Below the pieces are notes generated by a model. The model searched no databases, was not told the origin of the DNA, and saw nothing but the letters and a program-made list of their open reading frames with translations. A DNA stretch of 64,000 bases from Pseudovirgaria hyperparasitica (lineage: Eukaryota): assembly GCA_010093815.1 (NCBI GenBank), contig ML996576.1; one strand, written 5' to 3'. Position numbers and translations under genes: made by a program. Below, piece by piece: positions 13,166 to 24,110 of the stretch (position 1 is its first letter; each line of letters begins with the position of its first letter).

Positions 13166-13969
13166 CGTCAGGGCCAGAGTAGGTTAGGTAGTGAGTGAAG
13201 AGCCAGGCATCGGGATAGGAATAGGGATCCACTTCCGTGCTTCCGTGTTTCTGCGTCGCGGCGACACAGTCGAAAAGTTCTGCAAACCGTATACTTAAAG
13301 AATGGATCGTATAGATATTCTTTAGCGTGGGAGCTTTAAAGCTGTGGCGCCCACGCTTTGATTGGACGGACACTACTCATGCAAGAGTCGGCAGAGGGTT
13401 TCACGCGGACACCAATTAGGACAGGGCTGAGCTGCACCGCCACAGCTAGTTTGATCCCTAAGACCAAGACCCAGCACGCAGCACTTCGTCATCGTAAATC
13501 GGATCCGAGCAGTACAACAGGAACATAATATCTTCTAAGCTCCATGCGCCACGTTGGAGCCAACAATCTAGGCGTCGCATTCACAATCACACTAAAGTAA
13601 GCTCACAACCTACACGCGGGGCGAGTCGTGGATTACCCAGGCCACGCAAGCTTTACAGGCCAACATACGCAACATTCATCCTCGTGTTTCCGCCACCCTA
13701 CCTCGACTCTCGTGTACCTCGTACCCTGTTCTACCCGTCTCTCATATCGAACCTCATATACAGGCCTTGCTCCTTCACTATTGCGAACAATTCATGATCA
13801 ACGCATATCCCATATGTGCTAGCGGAGCATTCATACGGTAGGCTGCCCCGCAAGACCACCTCGCAACACTGCCACCCAACATTGCAGTCTCTCGTCGAGT
13901 ATAGCCCAATTGACTAATGGGTCATAGCACTATTTCCACCTCACGCCTCTTAGACACGGTCTTATAAAG

Positions 13970-16795
13970 ATGGTCAGTCGGAAGCCAGTCGCCGACAATC
14001 TCGTTCCAAAACCGCTGTCCCAAGCCATCAACAACCCTCCGTACCCGATCAGTCCGACTGAAGACCATGCGCCGATGTCACAATCTCCTGCGACCGAAAC
14101 ACAAGATATAACTCTTCACAATGCATCCGCAAGTCCGGAGACCCCTGCTTCTACATTGGAGACTTTGAAGCAGCTCCACGAACAGACTGATCCTAAGCAA
14201 AACCAGTCGGACTCGGATGATGATCACGAATGGGATTCGGATTTCGAAGAGATTGATGTAGATGAAGCCCCAAGAAAGCACGATTTGCCTGCAGCACTTA
14301 AAGTTGGTGGCTTGGCGTCTCCGAGACCACAGCCAGGTAGCCTCCCCTCGACACTGCGCGTTGGACCACCGGAAGGTGTGCCTAAGATATTTCGAGAGAG
14401 TCCTGATCCCACGCCACCCCTCGTTGAGCCATCTAGCTATACTGCGAGTACCACATCTAGCCAAGGTCTGCCTTTGCAGTCTCATAATCCCTACCTTAGT
14501 TACCAATCTACAGGACAATCAAGTGTGTCTAGTAAGGATGGTCTCGCCCAGCCTATCAAGACAGGTATGGCTGCAACGAATCCGTGGGCTGCCAGCTTGG
14601 CTGCGGTAGAGCTACCATCGCAGCGGACGCCCGTTGAAGAAGTATCAAGACTTTCTATGAGTGGACTTGAAGTCCACGACGCGGACGATTCGCCTGGGAC
14701 AAGTCACGCCCCAATAATCCCTAGCAGAGCTGAGGAACAATTAAAACGCCAAAACTCAAGTCCCTGGGATCCTGGCATGGATATATCGTCATTGGATGCC
14801 TTTAGCTCGCGTAACCATCGCCTGCCTTCTACGCAGGAAAATGATGAGAATCCGCAAACTCGAACTTGGCAGGAGCAGCAAGATTGGGAGCGCAGAGAAC
14901 GTGAAAAACAACAAATGGAGCTGGCGGCCGCAGCCGAAAGAGCACAAAAGCGCCAAGCAGAACAGAACGCCGAAGATGAATGGTTCAGAGGAGAAGCTGC
15001 TTTTAGTGCATCTCATTCAGCACATCAGCCGTCTCTACTCGATCAAGCTCTTCCTTTGCCACCACGGAATGATGCTGGGCCAATAAGACCACACGTCAAC
15101 ACCGACGGTCAGCCAACCAGCAGACCTGAGATTGAAACACCTAGCACGAGATCCCAAAGGCAACGCAAAGAGCATTATCAGATCAAGCATATGCGATGGT
15201 ACGATGCCAAGAAGCAAGGATTCCGACCAGCACCCATTCTTACACAAAATACGAATGGACCCTGCCCCTTACTTGGTCTTGTCAACGCTCTGGTCCTGTC
15301 GACGCCTCATGGAGAGGAAACGGCTTTGATAGAAACGCTACGAACCCGTGAACAAGTCAGCCTGGGACTCTTATTGGATGCTGTGTTCGATGAACTGATG
15401 TCAGGTCGACGAGGAGATGCTGCGCAACAGCTTCCAGACGTTGGTGATTTGTATTCGTTTCTCGTAACATTACATACCGGTATGAATGTCAATCCACGTT
15501 TCGTCAAGGCCGATGGTGCACCAACTCGAGCGCCAAGCGGATTCGAGAGCACGAAAGAGCTACGGATGTATAGCACGTTCAACATCCCATTGATCCATGG
15601 CTGGCTTCCGCCAAGTGAGTCTCGAGCATACGCCGCATTTGACAGGATAGCCCAGACGTACGAAGATGCACAGAACGTCCAGTTCCACGAAGAGGAGTTA
15701 GAGACAAAGCTACAGGCCCAAGGCCTGACACCTCAAGAGCAGGATATGTTTCAGGATTTACAGTCCATTAAGGACTTCTTCCGCACTTGGCCAACGCAAC
15801 TTACAGAATACGGGCTAGACGTCATCACGCAGAATATTAAGCCTGGCCAAGTGGCTATCCTGTTTCGGAACGATCATTTTTCAACACTGTATAAAGAGCC
15901 ACGCACGGGGCGAATCTTCACGCTTGTCACCGATGCAGGCTATTCCCGCCATGAAGAGATCGTATGGGAAAGTCTTGTAGACGTGCATGGTCGAGGTAGC
16001 GAATTGTTCTCGGGCGACTTCAGACCAGTAGGTAATATGTCAGACGCCAATACTGTTAGCAATGAGGCCGAGGAACGCCCGATCAGGAGTTTACTGGATG
16101 CCGATGATGATCAAGGTTGGCAAGCCGTAAGGAACAACCGAAGCGGTCAGCCTCGGCCACAAGATCCCGCGCCTCTCACAGGCTCCACTATAGAACCGAC
16201 CGCAGGATCGCCTCCCGCTGCTTCAACAGAACAGGAAGATCATGATCTTGCTCTAGCTTTACAGCTCCAGGAAGAAGAAGAGGATCGACATCGCCGAGAT
16301 TTAGCAGCTCGAAGACGACGCGAGAACGAGCTATCTGAGCAGTTCATATCTTCGAGCAATGGCAGAGATGGCACCGGTGCCTCCCCAGCTGGACTAGGTG
16401 GGCCGCAGATTCGACCGATGATCCCACCTCGAAGAACTCACAACAACAATGGAGGCAATGGTGCTGTATCAGCTCCATCTGATGGACATGAAGATGCGCC
16501 GCCCCCGACGTACGAACAAGCGGCAGCTGGTCGTCCTTATAACCCGCCTCGCACACACCCAGCGAGTGCCCATGCACCGATACAGCCTGCTCGGCCTGTA
16601 GCTACGAACCAAAGTGCATATACTCAGGCGAGTGGAGTCGGTGGTAGGAGGAGAGCTTCTGGACCAGGTCTTATAAGCCAAGTTCCCGGAAGTCGTTTAC
16701 CGGGGCGCCGTCCGATGTCGAGTGTAGGCCCAAATCAGCTGGGTCAAGGCCATGCTGCTACCGGTGAAGACCGCGAGAAGTGCATTGTCATGTAA
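13970..16795 (+). CDS. MINDY-family (DUF544/FAM63) deubiquitinase
   Basis: Catalytic motifs TQNTNGPCPLL (Cys) and LFRNDHFSTL (His), plus LIHGWL and TLVTDAGY. MIU-like EDHDLALALQLQEEE; C-terminal CaaX CIVM. Confidence 0.92.
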   Translation: MVSRKPVADNLVPKPLSQAINNPPYPISPTEDHAPMSQSPATETQDITLHNASASPETPASTLETLKQLHEQTDPKQNQSDSDDDHEWDSDFEEIDVDEAPRKHDLPAALKVGGLASPRPQPGSLPSTLRVGPPEGVPKIFRESPDPTPPLVEPSSYTASTTSSQGLPLQSHNPYLSYQSTGQSSVSSKDGLAQPIKTGMAATNPWAASLAAVELPSQRTPVEEVSRLSMSGLEVHDADDSPGTSHAPIIPSRAEEQLKRQNSSPWDPGMDISSLDAFSSRNHRLPSTQENDENPQTRTWQEQQDWERREREKQQMELAAAAERAQKRQAEQNAEDEWFRGEAAFSASHSAHQPSLLDQALPLPPRNDAGPIRPHVNTDGQPTSRPEIETPSTRSQRQRKEHYQIKHMRWYDAKKQGFRPAPILTQNTNGPCPLLGLVNALVLSTPHGEETALIETLRTREQVSLGLLLDAVFDELMSGRRGDAAQQLPDVGDLYSFLVTLHTGMNVNPRFVKADGAPTRAPSGFESTKELRMYSTFNIPLIHGWLPPSESRAYAAFDRIAQTYEDAQNVQFHEEELETKLQAQGLTPQEQDMFQDLQSIKDFFRTWPTQLTEYGLDVITQNIKPGQVAILFRNDHFSTLYKEPRTGRIFTLVTDAGYSRHEEIVWESLVDVHGRGSELFSGDFRPVGNMSDANTVSNEAEERPIRSLLDADDDQGWQAVRNNRSGQPRPQDPAPLTGSTIEPTAGSPPAASTEQEDHDLALALQLQEEEEDRHRRDLAARRRRENELSEQFISSSNGRDGTGASPAGLGGPQIRPMIPPRRTHNNNGGNGAVSAPSDGHEDAPPPTYEQAAAGRPYNPPRTHPASAHAPIQPARPVATNQSAYTQASGVGGRRRASGPGLISQVPGSRLPGRRPMSSVGPNQLGQGHAATGEDREKCIVM

Positions 16796-16963
16796 GATAG
16801 ATTTTGGTCTGGATCTGAGCATTACTAGCGAGCGTTAAGAGGTCTTGGTGTGCATAGGGTCTGCTTTTCAAGTGTTTGAGTTTCCTTCCTATACCCAGCG
16901 TTGATAGACGTAGCGACGTCATAGTTCCACAGGTTCTTGGACTTTATCTCATCTACGCTGACC

Positions 16964-17822
16964 TCAGCTCTGCATTGCTTCCTGTAGCCCATTTGCGTAG
17001 TCAAAGGGAACTGCTCCTGTGATGGTCGGCATCCGCACGTTGCGCAAGACTTTGAAAGGGTCTAGAACTGTCCATGGCTTCCCATTCGACTCTGCTTGGA
17101 TGGGAATTGACCGCAAACGTCGTATTTGCCCCTGATTTGAATCGAGAAGATAAATGTGTAGCCTATGCAAAGGCTTGCTTTCCGTCGCCGACGCCATCAC
17201 AGACACCAGCATCGATACCTGTTGCCTCAATCCAGCGGGCAATCCGGGCCCACCACAATTATACTTGACCATACCTATATTACATAAGCTTTAAAGCCCG
17301 CAGGGCATCAATCTCTCGACACAAAGACCTACCAGTATAACTATCCACCTGTTCCACATGTACAACATAGTTCCTAATCCTTGCCAGATACCCAATTCTA
17401 AATCCCAAAAACGGCAAGTCGCGATTTGGCATAAGATTACTCGCGAGCACAATCCAGCGATAAGCAAACTTGATACAATTATAGCTTATATTGATGACGA
17501 AAGTATTTGTGCCATACATCTGATCGGCGCATTCGAAGTGCATTTGCTTGTTCACGGCGAGGAGGGATGTGCAGCCTCGCTGCCAGACGATGCCGTTGTC
17601 TATAGGTTTGGAGCGCACATCGGAGAAGTTTTTTTCAAGGAAATCGGTGCTGGGATACTCCGAGGGAAAGGGGGAGCGCAGCGAGGGAAAACGAGATTTG
17701 GTGGAGGTGTCTTGGGTTATGGTGGTTGTGCTGGGAAGGAGATGGGCGTAGATCTGTTGGCGAATTTCGAGAGGGAGTGTGAAGAACAGGGGGCTCTGAG
17801 GTTGCTGGGATACGAAAGACAT
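16964..17822 (-). CDS. Fungal hypothetical protein with N-terminal F-box-like motif; intron 17332-17275
   Basis: QPQSPLFFTLPLEIRQQIYAHLLP and LLAVNKQMHFECADQMYG. A GT..AG intron joins ORFs 17280-17822 and 16964-17272 in frame. Confidence 0.7.
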
Positions 17823-18407
17823 GGCGTTGGTATTCTCTAGTAATGCTGTCTATGTCGAATGGAAGGTTGATGTGCTATTGCAAACATGTTGATATCGCGG
17901 GAGCAACGTGCACGACATGAGGCATTTTGAAGCTCGAATCCACTTTGACCCAATAAGCTTACTCGAGGTGATCTTGGCGCGCTAACCCCATTATCTTAGC
18001 GTCTGATACTGAATGGATATCCCTTCCAAGGTTCCAATTTCTTAACCTCTCTGCCTCCAGACTCATCTACAAGTTCCCTTATCTTCCCACACTCGCTTTC
18101 AATCACGATCATGGCGACCACTCCCAATCTCAGCTTTCTAAAGCTGGACTTGATAGTCAACACTTTTACCAACGTAACCATCCAAACTCCTTTTGATAGC
18201 CCCAAGGTAGGGGTTTACATCATTTGAGGCCTTGCGTTCCCCTCGACTCCAAAGACATCACCTGTCCTGGGTCGACTACCTATATCATATCGAATTTGAC
18301 CGAAGTCAAGTACAATTACAATTGAAAAGAAGAACATAACAGAAAGAAACAGAAAAAATAAACTGTAAAATAAATATAAACGTCACAGCTCAAGACAAAC
18401 CGTAAAC

Positions 18408-19487
18408 ATGCTGTTCGAAGACTTCCCGACCGAGATTCTGGTGGACATATACCTGTCATGTACTACCATCATCGACACCATCAATCTCTCGACCACCTGT
18501 CACCGCTTCCGTCGCATCTACAAATCATCTCGTAACCTACCCATTCTTGAGCATGCTGCTGAATCGCAGTATGGTCCCTTACGCGACCTAACCCAACTTC
18601 TCACTCACAATGCGAGTCAAGCTGCGCACCTCAGCCGCGATGTACCATTTAACCTCTTACTGCTCAAGCAGATTGTCCACCATGGTCGCATAGCCGAGGA
18701 ATGGTGTTCGCTGTACCCTTTCAAAAAATGGAAACACAACTTCGAGCACCGTCGCCTTTTGAAACCAGACGAATGCTTCCGCCTCCGTCGCGCGATCTAT
18801 CGGCTGTGGCTTTACACTCGTGCATTTCACAATCGTGCTCATCCTCGCGAGAGCCGTATGAACAAACTGGTTGTGCTTGATCGTGCCGCACTGTTGCATA
18901 ACTGGAGTACCGTCGAACTCGCCGAGATTGCTGATGTTCATGCCGTCATGCGGGAGGTGGTTCACTCAAACGTGTGCCCTTCGAACGGGACCATTGCTCG
19001 CAAGTTCAAGAAACGGCATCCGGACGGCTATGCTCCCCAGCTGCTGTTCAACATTCACCTCAACTATCCGCCGCCTCCGCAGACCCCTGCCGTGAACCCA
19101 TTCTTCAGTCAATTTCACACAACACCCGATGTCCTCTCGAATCATCTCCACGCACACAACAATACGTCATGGCATTCACGCAAGTATCAGACTACCAGCT
19201 ATCACGAGCCTGGAGGCGAGGGCTGGGGCGATGATATCCCTCATTATTATGTTGTCGAGGACATGCTCAAGCTAGATCCCGAACAGATCTTGTGGCTTAA
19301 AGAAAATGCACCACTGAAAGGACAAGTGGAGATGTATGTCAAGAGCCTTGGTGATTGGTTCGAGAACAACGGCGAGACGTGGGGCCAGACACTGGAATGG
19401 GTCTTGGGTCAGAGAGGTGAAGAGCCTGACGATATCCTGGGTGCAGTAGCTGATGGAGAGCTCGGAATCGCGATCGTTGATGATTGA
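18408..19487 (+). CDS. F-box-like domain protein
   Basis: 359-aa intronless ORF with N-terminal FEDFPTEILVDIYLSC..LSTTCHRFRRIY; also FRLRRAIYRLWLY. Confidence 0.75.
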   Translation: MLFEDFPTEILVDIYLSCTTIIDTINLSTTCHRFRRIYKSSRNLPILEHAAESQYGPLRDLTQLLTHNASQAAHLSRDVPFNLLLLKQIVHHGRIAEEWCSLYPFKKWKHNFEHRRLLKPDECFRLRRAIYRLWLYTRAFHNRAHPRESRMNKLVVLDRAALLHNWSTVELAEIADVHAVMREVVHSNVCPSNGTIARKFKKRHPDGYAPQLLFNIHLNYPPPPQTPAVNPFFSQFHTTPDVLSNHLHAHNNTSWHSRKYQTTSYHEPGGEGWGDDIPHYYVVEDMLKLDPEQILWLKENAPLKGQVEMYVKSLGDWFENNGETWGQTLEWVLGQRGEEPDDILGAVADGELGIAIVDD

Positions 19488-20621
19488 GAGGCCTATCTGG
19501 TCTCGCTTTGAATCATAATACTTCTTAGATAACTACTTGATCAAATCGGCCACCGACATTACTATAGTCGAGCACACTAGAACAGGGTCTAGTACACTTC
19601 TATAATCTACAAACCATCGACTAGATGTCGTGCTATAAAGAATATGTCCGACGCGGTTGAGCTTGCGTGTCTTTGGCTCGTATGCACTCAAGCCCAAGTC
19701 CACACGGCCTCAATGCTCCCCTCACTGTAGCTCTCACGCAACTCCACGGTGACAACGCCTCTGCGCCGGTGGCGGAGCCAGAAGGCACGTGATGTGTCAG
19801 ATTATCGGCCCCAAGAGAAATAGTCGCTTACGTTCTCAGCATAAAGATAGAGTAAGACGGCGGAACAAAGCGCGCAGGATGTTGATTACCTTTACGAGAT
19901 GTTTAATATTGCACAACGCATAGTGTACGTTTAGAATGCCCATGAAGGCAACAGTGTACATACTATAAACTGTGTGTGTTATTACCCCACACTCAAACCC
20001 CAGACCCCAGACTCGGAATGAACCCCGGACTTTCTGCTGCTACTGTACTTGGACTAGATACTCTTCTTTGATTGGTTGAGAGGTATTCTGCCAAGGACCA
20101 CACGTGGTCTCCCCACAGCAATGCGCCTTCCCTGACATAGCTGCGCGTGCCGATATATACGCATACTGAGCCCATGTCAACGCCGGGTCGTGGCCAATGA
20201 CAGCGTCACGTTTCCCATGTATCTTGGTACCTGCATGCCACCGGGCGCGATGGAAGCCGTCACGATGGACCGACGACACCACCCAAAGTCGACTGTGCTT
20301 GTCTCATGCTCCCTTTTCATCCCCTTCTGCTACATGTGCCCACCTCATGCTCCCTTCGTGCTTCGATCTTCATTCACTTTCCAGCGTCTGTGAACATCTG
20401 CTTCCTGTCGTGCTACATCAGCATCGTCTGCAGCTATAAAGTCTCGCAACTTGTATTGCTGTGTCTGTTGCGTCAGGAGTCAGCAGACCTTTCCCGGTCA
20501 TCCTCCCATTCCCAGGTGTCAGCAATCATCAGACTCAACCCCGCATAGTCTTGAGACACCCACTGGATAAGTACGGGCGCACCCGTCGACTAAAAGCCCA
20601 CCATTCTCAATATCAAGCCTT

Positions 20622-23228
20622 ATGTTTGACAAGCTCAAAAGTAGCTTCCGGGACAGGTTCGAAGAGAAACTCCCTGCCAGGGTCAAAGACAGGATGCGTT
20701 ACGAATTCGGTAAACAACATCGTTATTCCTTTCATACGGAGCCAGTGCCAAACCCCGAGGCAGTCATTCAGGGTGATAAGTATCGGTTCACTATTTTGAC
20801 TGATGGTCTCATCAGACTCGAATGGGCTGAAGACGGAAAGTTCGAGGATCGTTCTTCGACTTTTGCCCTGAACAGGAAACTAGCTGTGCCCAAGTATTAC
20901 CTCTGGGATCATGATGACAAAATTGAGATCGTTACGACCCGCTACCAGCTCTTCTATGACAAGAAAAAGTTTGGAAAGGAAGGTTTGTATATCAACCTCA
21001 AGGGCGACGTTGCTGGAGTATGGGCATATGGTGACGAGATCAAGGACCTTGGAGGCACCATTCGTACTCTGGACATGGTCAACGGCCGGGGAGACATGGG
21101 CCATGGTATAATGTCTCGATCTGGGTTTGGTAGGATCAATGACACGGACTCATTTTTGTTTGAGAAGAATGGCTGGGTCGGCACTCGCCAGACCGGCAAC
21201 CGATCTGATGAGTATCTCTTCTGTTACGGGCATGACTACAAGGCAGCACTCCAGGCCTATTACGCCATCTCCGGGAGCCAGCCCCTCCTGCCTCGGTATG
21301 CACTTGGTAATTGGTGGACACGATATCACAAGTATACATCTCAAGAGTATCTTGAACTGATGGACCACTTTCGCGCCGATGAGGTCCCGTTTGCCATTCT
21401 TGTCATCGATATTTACTGGCACAAGGTCGATCTTCCTCCAGATTGGCCAGGATCCGGCTGGACCGGCTTCACCTGGGACCGTGATCTTATTCCTGACCCG
21501 GTAGGATTTCTCAAGCAGCTCAAGAATCGCGATCTGTATCTCACTGTCAATGACCATCCTGCTGAAGGTGTTCGTTGGTTCGAAGAACTATATGACAAGG
21601 TTGCTAGGCACATGGGTGTCGATCCTTCAACAAAGAAGACTATCGAATTTGATAGCGTTGATCGTCGATTCATGGATGCTTATCTTGACATTATCTGTCA
21701 TCAGTTTGAAAGAGAGGGGATAGATTTTTGGTGGGTCGATTGGCAACAGGGTGAACACAGCAAGATCCCTTCCATCGATCCTCTGTGGATGCTAAACCAT
21801 TATCATTTCCTTGATAACGGACGCAACAACCACCGACCCCTGATATTATCACGCTTCGCTGGTCCAGGTTCCCATCGCTACCAAGTCGGCTTCTCAGGAG
21901 ACGTATTGATGACATGGGAGTCTCTCAATTTCCAGCCTGAGTTCACAGCTACGGCTACCAACATTGGCTACGGGTGGTGGAGCCATGACATTGGCGGTCA
22001 TATGCAAGGATATAAGGATGATGAGCTACAAACTCGATGGTACCAACTCGGCTGCTTCTCACCCATATTGCGTCTACATTGCAACAACAACATGTTCAAC
22101 TTCAAGGAGCCTTGGAAATTCGGCCCGGAATACTGCGCGATTATGGAAGACACATTGAGATTCCGCCACCGTCTCGTACCCTATCTCTACACCATGAATC
22201 ACCGCGCCGCAGTGCACGATATCCCACTCATCCACCCCATCTACTACGAGTACCCTGATCGCGAGCTGGCCTACAAGCACAAAAACAGTTTCTACTACGG
22301 CAGTGAGCTCCTCGTTGCTCCTTGCACCTCTCCCCGCGCCAAAGACACATTGCACGGCCGCACTGACGTCTGGTTGCCACCTGACCGCTGGGTTGACATC
22401 TTTACCGGCCTCATCTATGACGGCGAACGCGACCTCTCGCTCTATCGTCTTCTCTCTCAAGTCCCCGCCTTGGCCAAACAAGGCGCCATCATCCCACTGG
22501 ACGCCGCATCTCCAATTCCCAACGGCGTGCCGAACCCACAAGCCATTGAAATAATCCTCGTAGTCGGTGCAGACGGCGCATTTACTCTTATCGAGGACGA
22601 TGGAAACGGTGAAAAGGCGTCCGATGGTGACTTCACCTTTATTTCCTCTCCTGACTCTTCTTCTTCTTCTTCTTCATCTACGAGTCCCAAGGCCGACGAT
22701 GAAGCTGACGCTCGCGCAGTCGAATTCTCCTCTACGCCCATCAAGTATGAACATAAAGCCGGTGTCCTGAGCGTCGGCGCCACAACACCCATGTCGTCCA
22801 GCATTCCTGCCTCCCGCTCATGGTCTCTCAAATTGCTCTCTCACACCCCCTCCTCCTCTACCTCCATCACCGCCAAGCGCGCCGATGGCCGTCCCATCCC
22901 CGTCACATCAACTCCCACACCAACAGGCACAAAGCTTCTACTTGGTAGCATCCCCAGCGACTCCGCCTGGAGCGTCAGCTTGGGTCCTGAACCAAGCCTT
23001 GACGTGCTGGATGCGACGAAACGCTGCTACGATATCTTGATCAATGCGTGGGGTGATTACGACTGGAAGCAGGATGTGTACATGGGGATTGCGGCTGAAG
23101 GCAGCTTGAACGAACGCATTGAGCGGACTAAGGGTAAGGGTGTCCAGGGAGATTTGTTGGGGGCGTTGTTGGAGGGCCTGCAGGCGGACTCGAGGTATGC
23201 GGCGTCGTTGGATGGGAAGACGGCGTGA
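20622..23228 (+). CDS. Glycoside hydrolase family 31 (GH31_u1-like; alpha-glucosidase/xylosidase class)
   Basis: 868-aa intronless ORF with PRYALGNWW, VIDIYWH, nucleophile motif WWVDWQQG, acid/base FSGD, WWSHDIGGH and RWYQLGCFSPILRLH. Confidence 0.92.
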   Translation: MFDKLKSSFRDRFEEKLPARVKDRMRYEFGKQHRYSFHTEPVPNPEAVIQGDKYRFTILTDGLIRLEWAEDGKFEDRSSTFALNRKLAVPKYYLWDHDDKIEIVTTRYQLFYDKKKFGKEGLYINLKGDVAGVWAYGDEIKDLGGTIRTLDMVNGRGDMGHGIMSRSGFGRINDTDSFLFEKNGWVGTRQTGNRSDEYLFCYGHDYKAALQAYYAISGSQPLLPRYALGNWWTRYHKYTSQEYLELMDHFRADEVPFAILVIDIYWHKVDLPPDWPGSGWTGFTWDRDLIPDPVGFLKQLKNRDLYLTVNDHPAEGVRWFEELYDKVARHMGVDPSTKKTIEFDSVDRRFMDAYLDIICHQFEREGIDFWWVDWQQGEHSKIPSIDPLWMLNHYHFLDNGRNNHRPLILSRFAGPGSHRYQVGFSGDVLMTWESLNFQPEFTATATNIGYGWWSHDIGGHMQGYKDDELQTRWYQLGCFSPILRLHCNNNMFNFKEPWKFGPEYCAIMEDTLRFRHRLVPYLYTMNHRAAVHDIPLIHPIYYEYPDRELAYKHKNSFYYGSELLVAPCTSPRAKDTLHGRTDVWLPPDRWVDIFTGLIYDGERDLSLYRLLSQVPALAKQGAIIPLDAASPIPNGVPNPQAIEIILVVGADGAFTLIEDDGNGEKASDGDFTFISSPDSSSSSSSSTSPKADDEADARAVEFSSTPIKYEHKAGVLSVGATTPMSSSIPASRSWSLKLLSHTPSSSTSITAKRADGRPIPVTSTPTPTGTKLLLGSIPSDSAWSVSLGPEPSLDVLDATKRCYDILINAWGDYDWKQDVYMGIAAEGSLNERIERTKGKGVQGDLLGALLEGLQADSRYAASLDGKTA

Positions 23229-24110
23229 TAGGGGCTAGGGAGGGGATGGAAGCTTTCAGGACTGAATGTCACTCGCTTTGTTGATGTATCTTCGATTTTG
23301 AATCTAGGACGTGTTGAATTTGTCTACAGTGTTTGTTTCAAGTGGTCGTACTTGACTTTGCCTGCTTCGATCCATCAATTCTTGATCTTGTGAATTTGAA
23401 TTACCGCCAGGGAAAACAAGAGTCTATGTTTGCTTCCACGCAAGAACTAAGGGCCTGGATTTGTCATTTCGAAATCGAGACAAAGGTATACTGTTTTCGA
23501 TATCCAGGTGGCCAGTGAACTTGAGCGCGGCGAATGATTCGCTTATCACCAGGCTTCTCTCTGTCCCCTCGCTCACCCATGTATCAATGTACCAGCAGTC
23601 ATCGATATTGGAGATATTGGTGTCCCATCATCGACCGTTTTCTCGTACAATCTGGTCCGTCTCACAGTCGAATGCAACCATATAGTCATTCTCCCAGATA
23701 TCTGCGAGTATTCGGGAAGACTTGTTGCTTCAGCTGCGAGTCTCGCCTTCAATGGAAAGTAGAAAGCTCGGTGTTCGTGATGACAGCTTTGAAGCTGCGT
23801 ATATTCTTCTATTCCAGAAACGCAGCGAGTGCTACGATCTTGCGAAACATTTCGACAGGGGAAGGACGGTCATTATGAACGGGTGTACTAGTTCAAACGC
23901 TTGTTTTGTCAATAGGTGGAATTGCTTTAGTGAGAATGTGTTGGATGGCGCGGAGGCATAGACGGTGTCGCACAAAGGGGGTGCATGGCCGGCAGGGGAG
24001 GAATGCTGGATCTGAGTGGATAATTTCTAGAGATGAATGTTAATTTCAAGAACGTCGTAGAAGGTTAAATCGAAGCGAATTAATTCATTGTCAAGAAGGT
24101 CACACTTTAT

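Noticed and set aside
20014..20028. CGG-N9-CGG upstream of GH31 (possible Zn2Cys6 site)
   Set aside because: A single short motif is expected by chance, and I have no conservation data.
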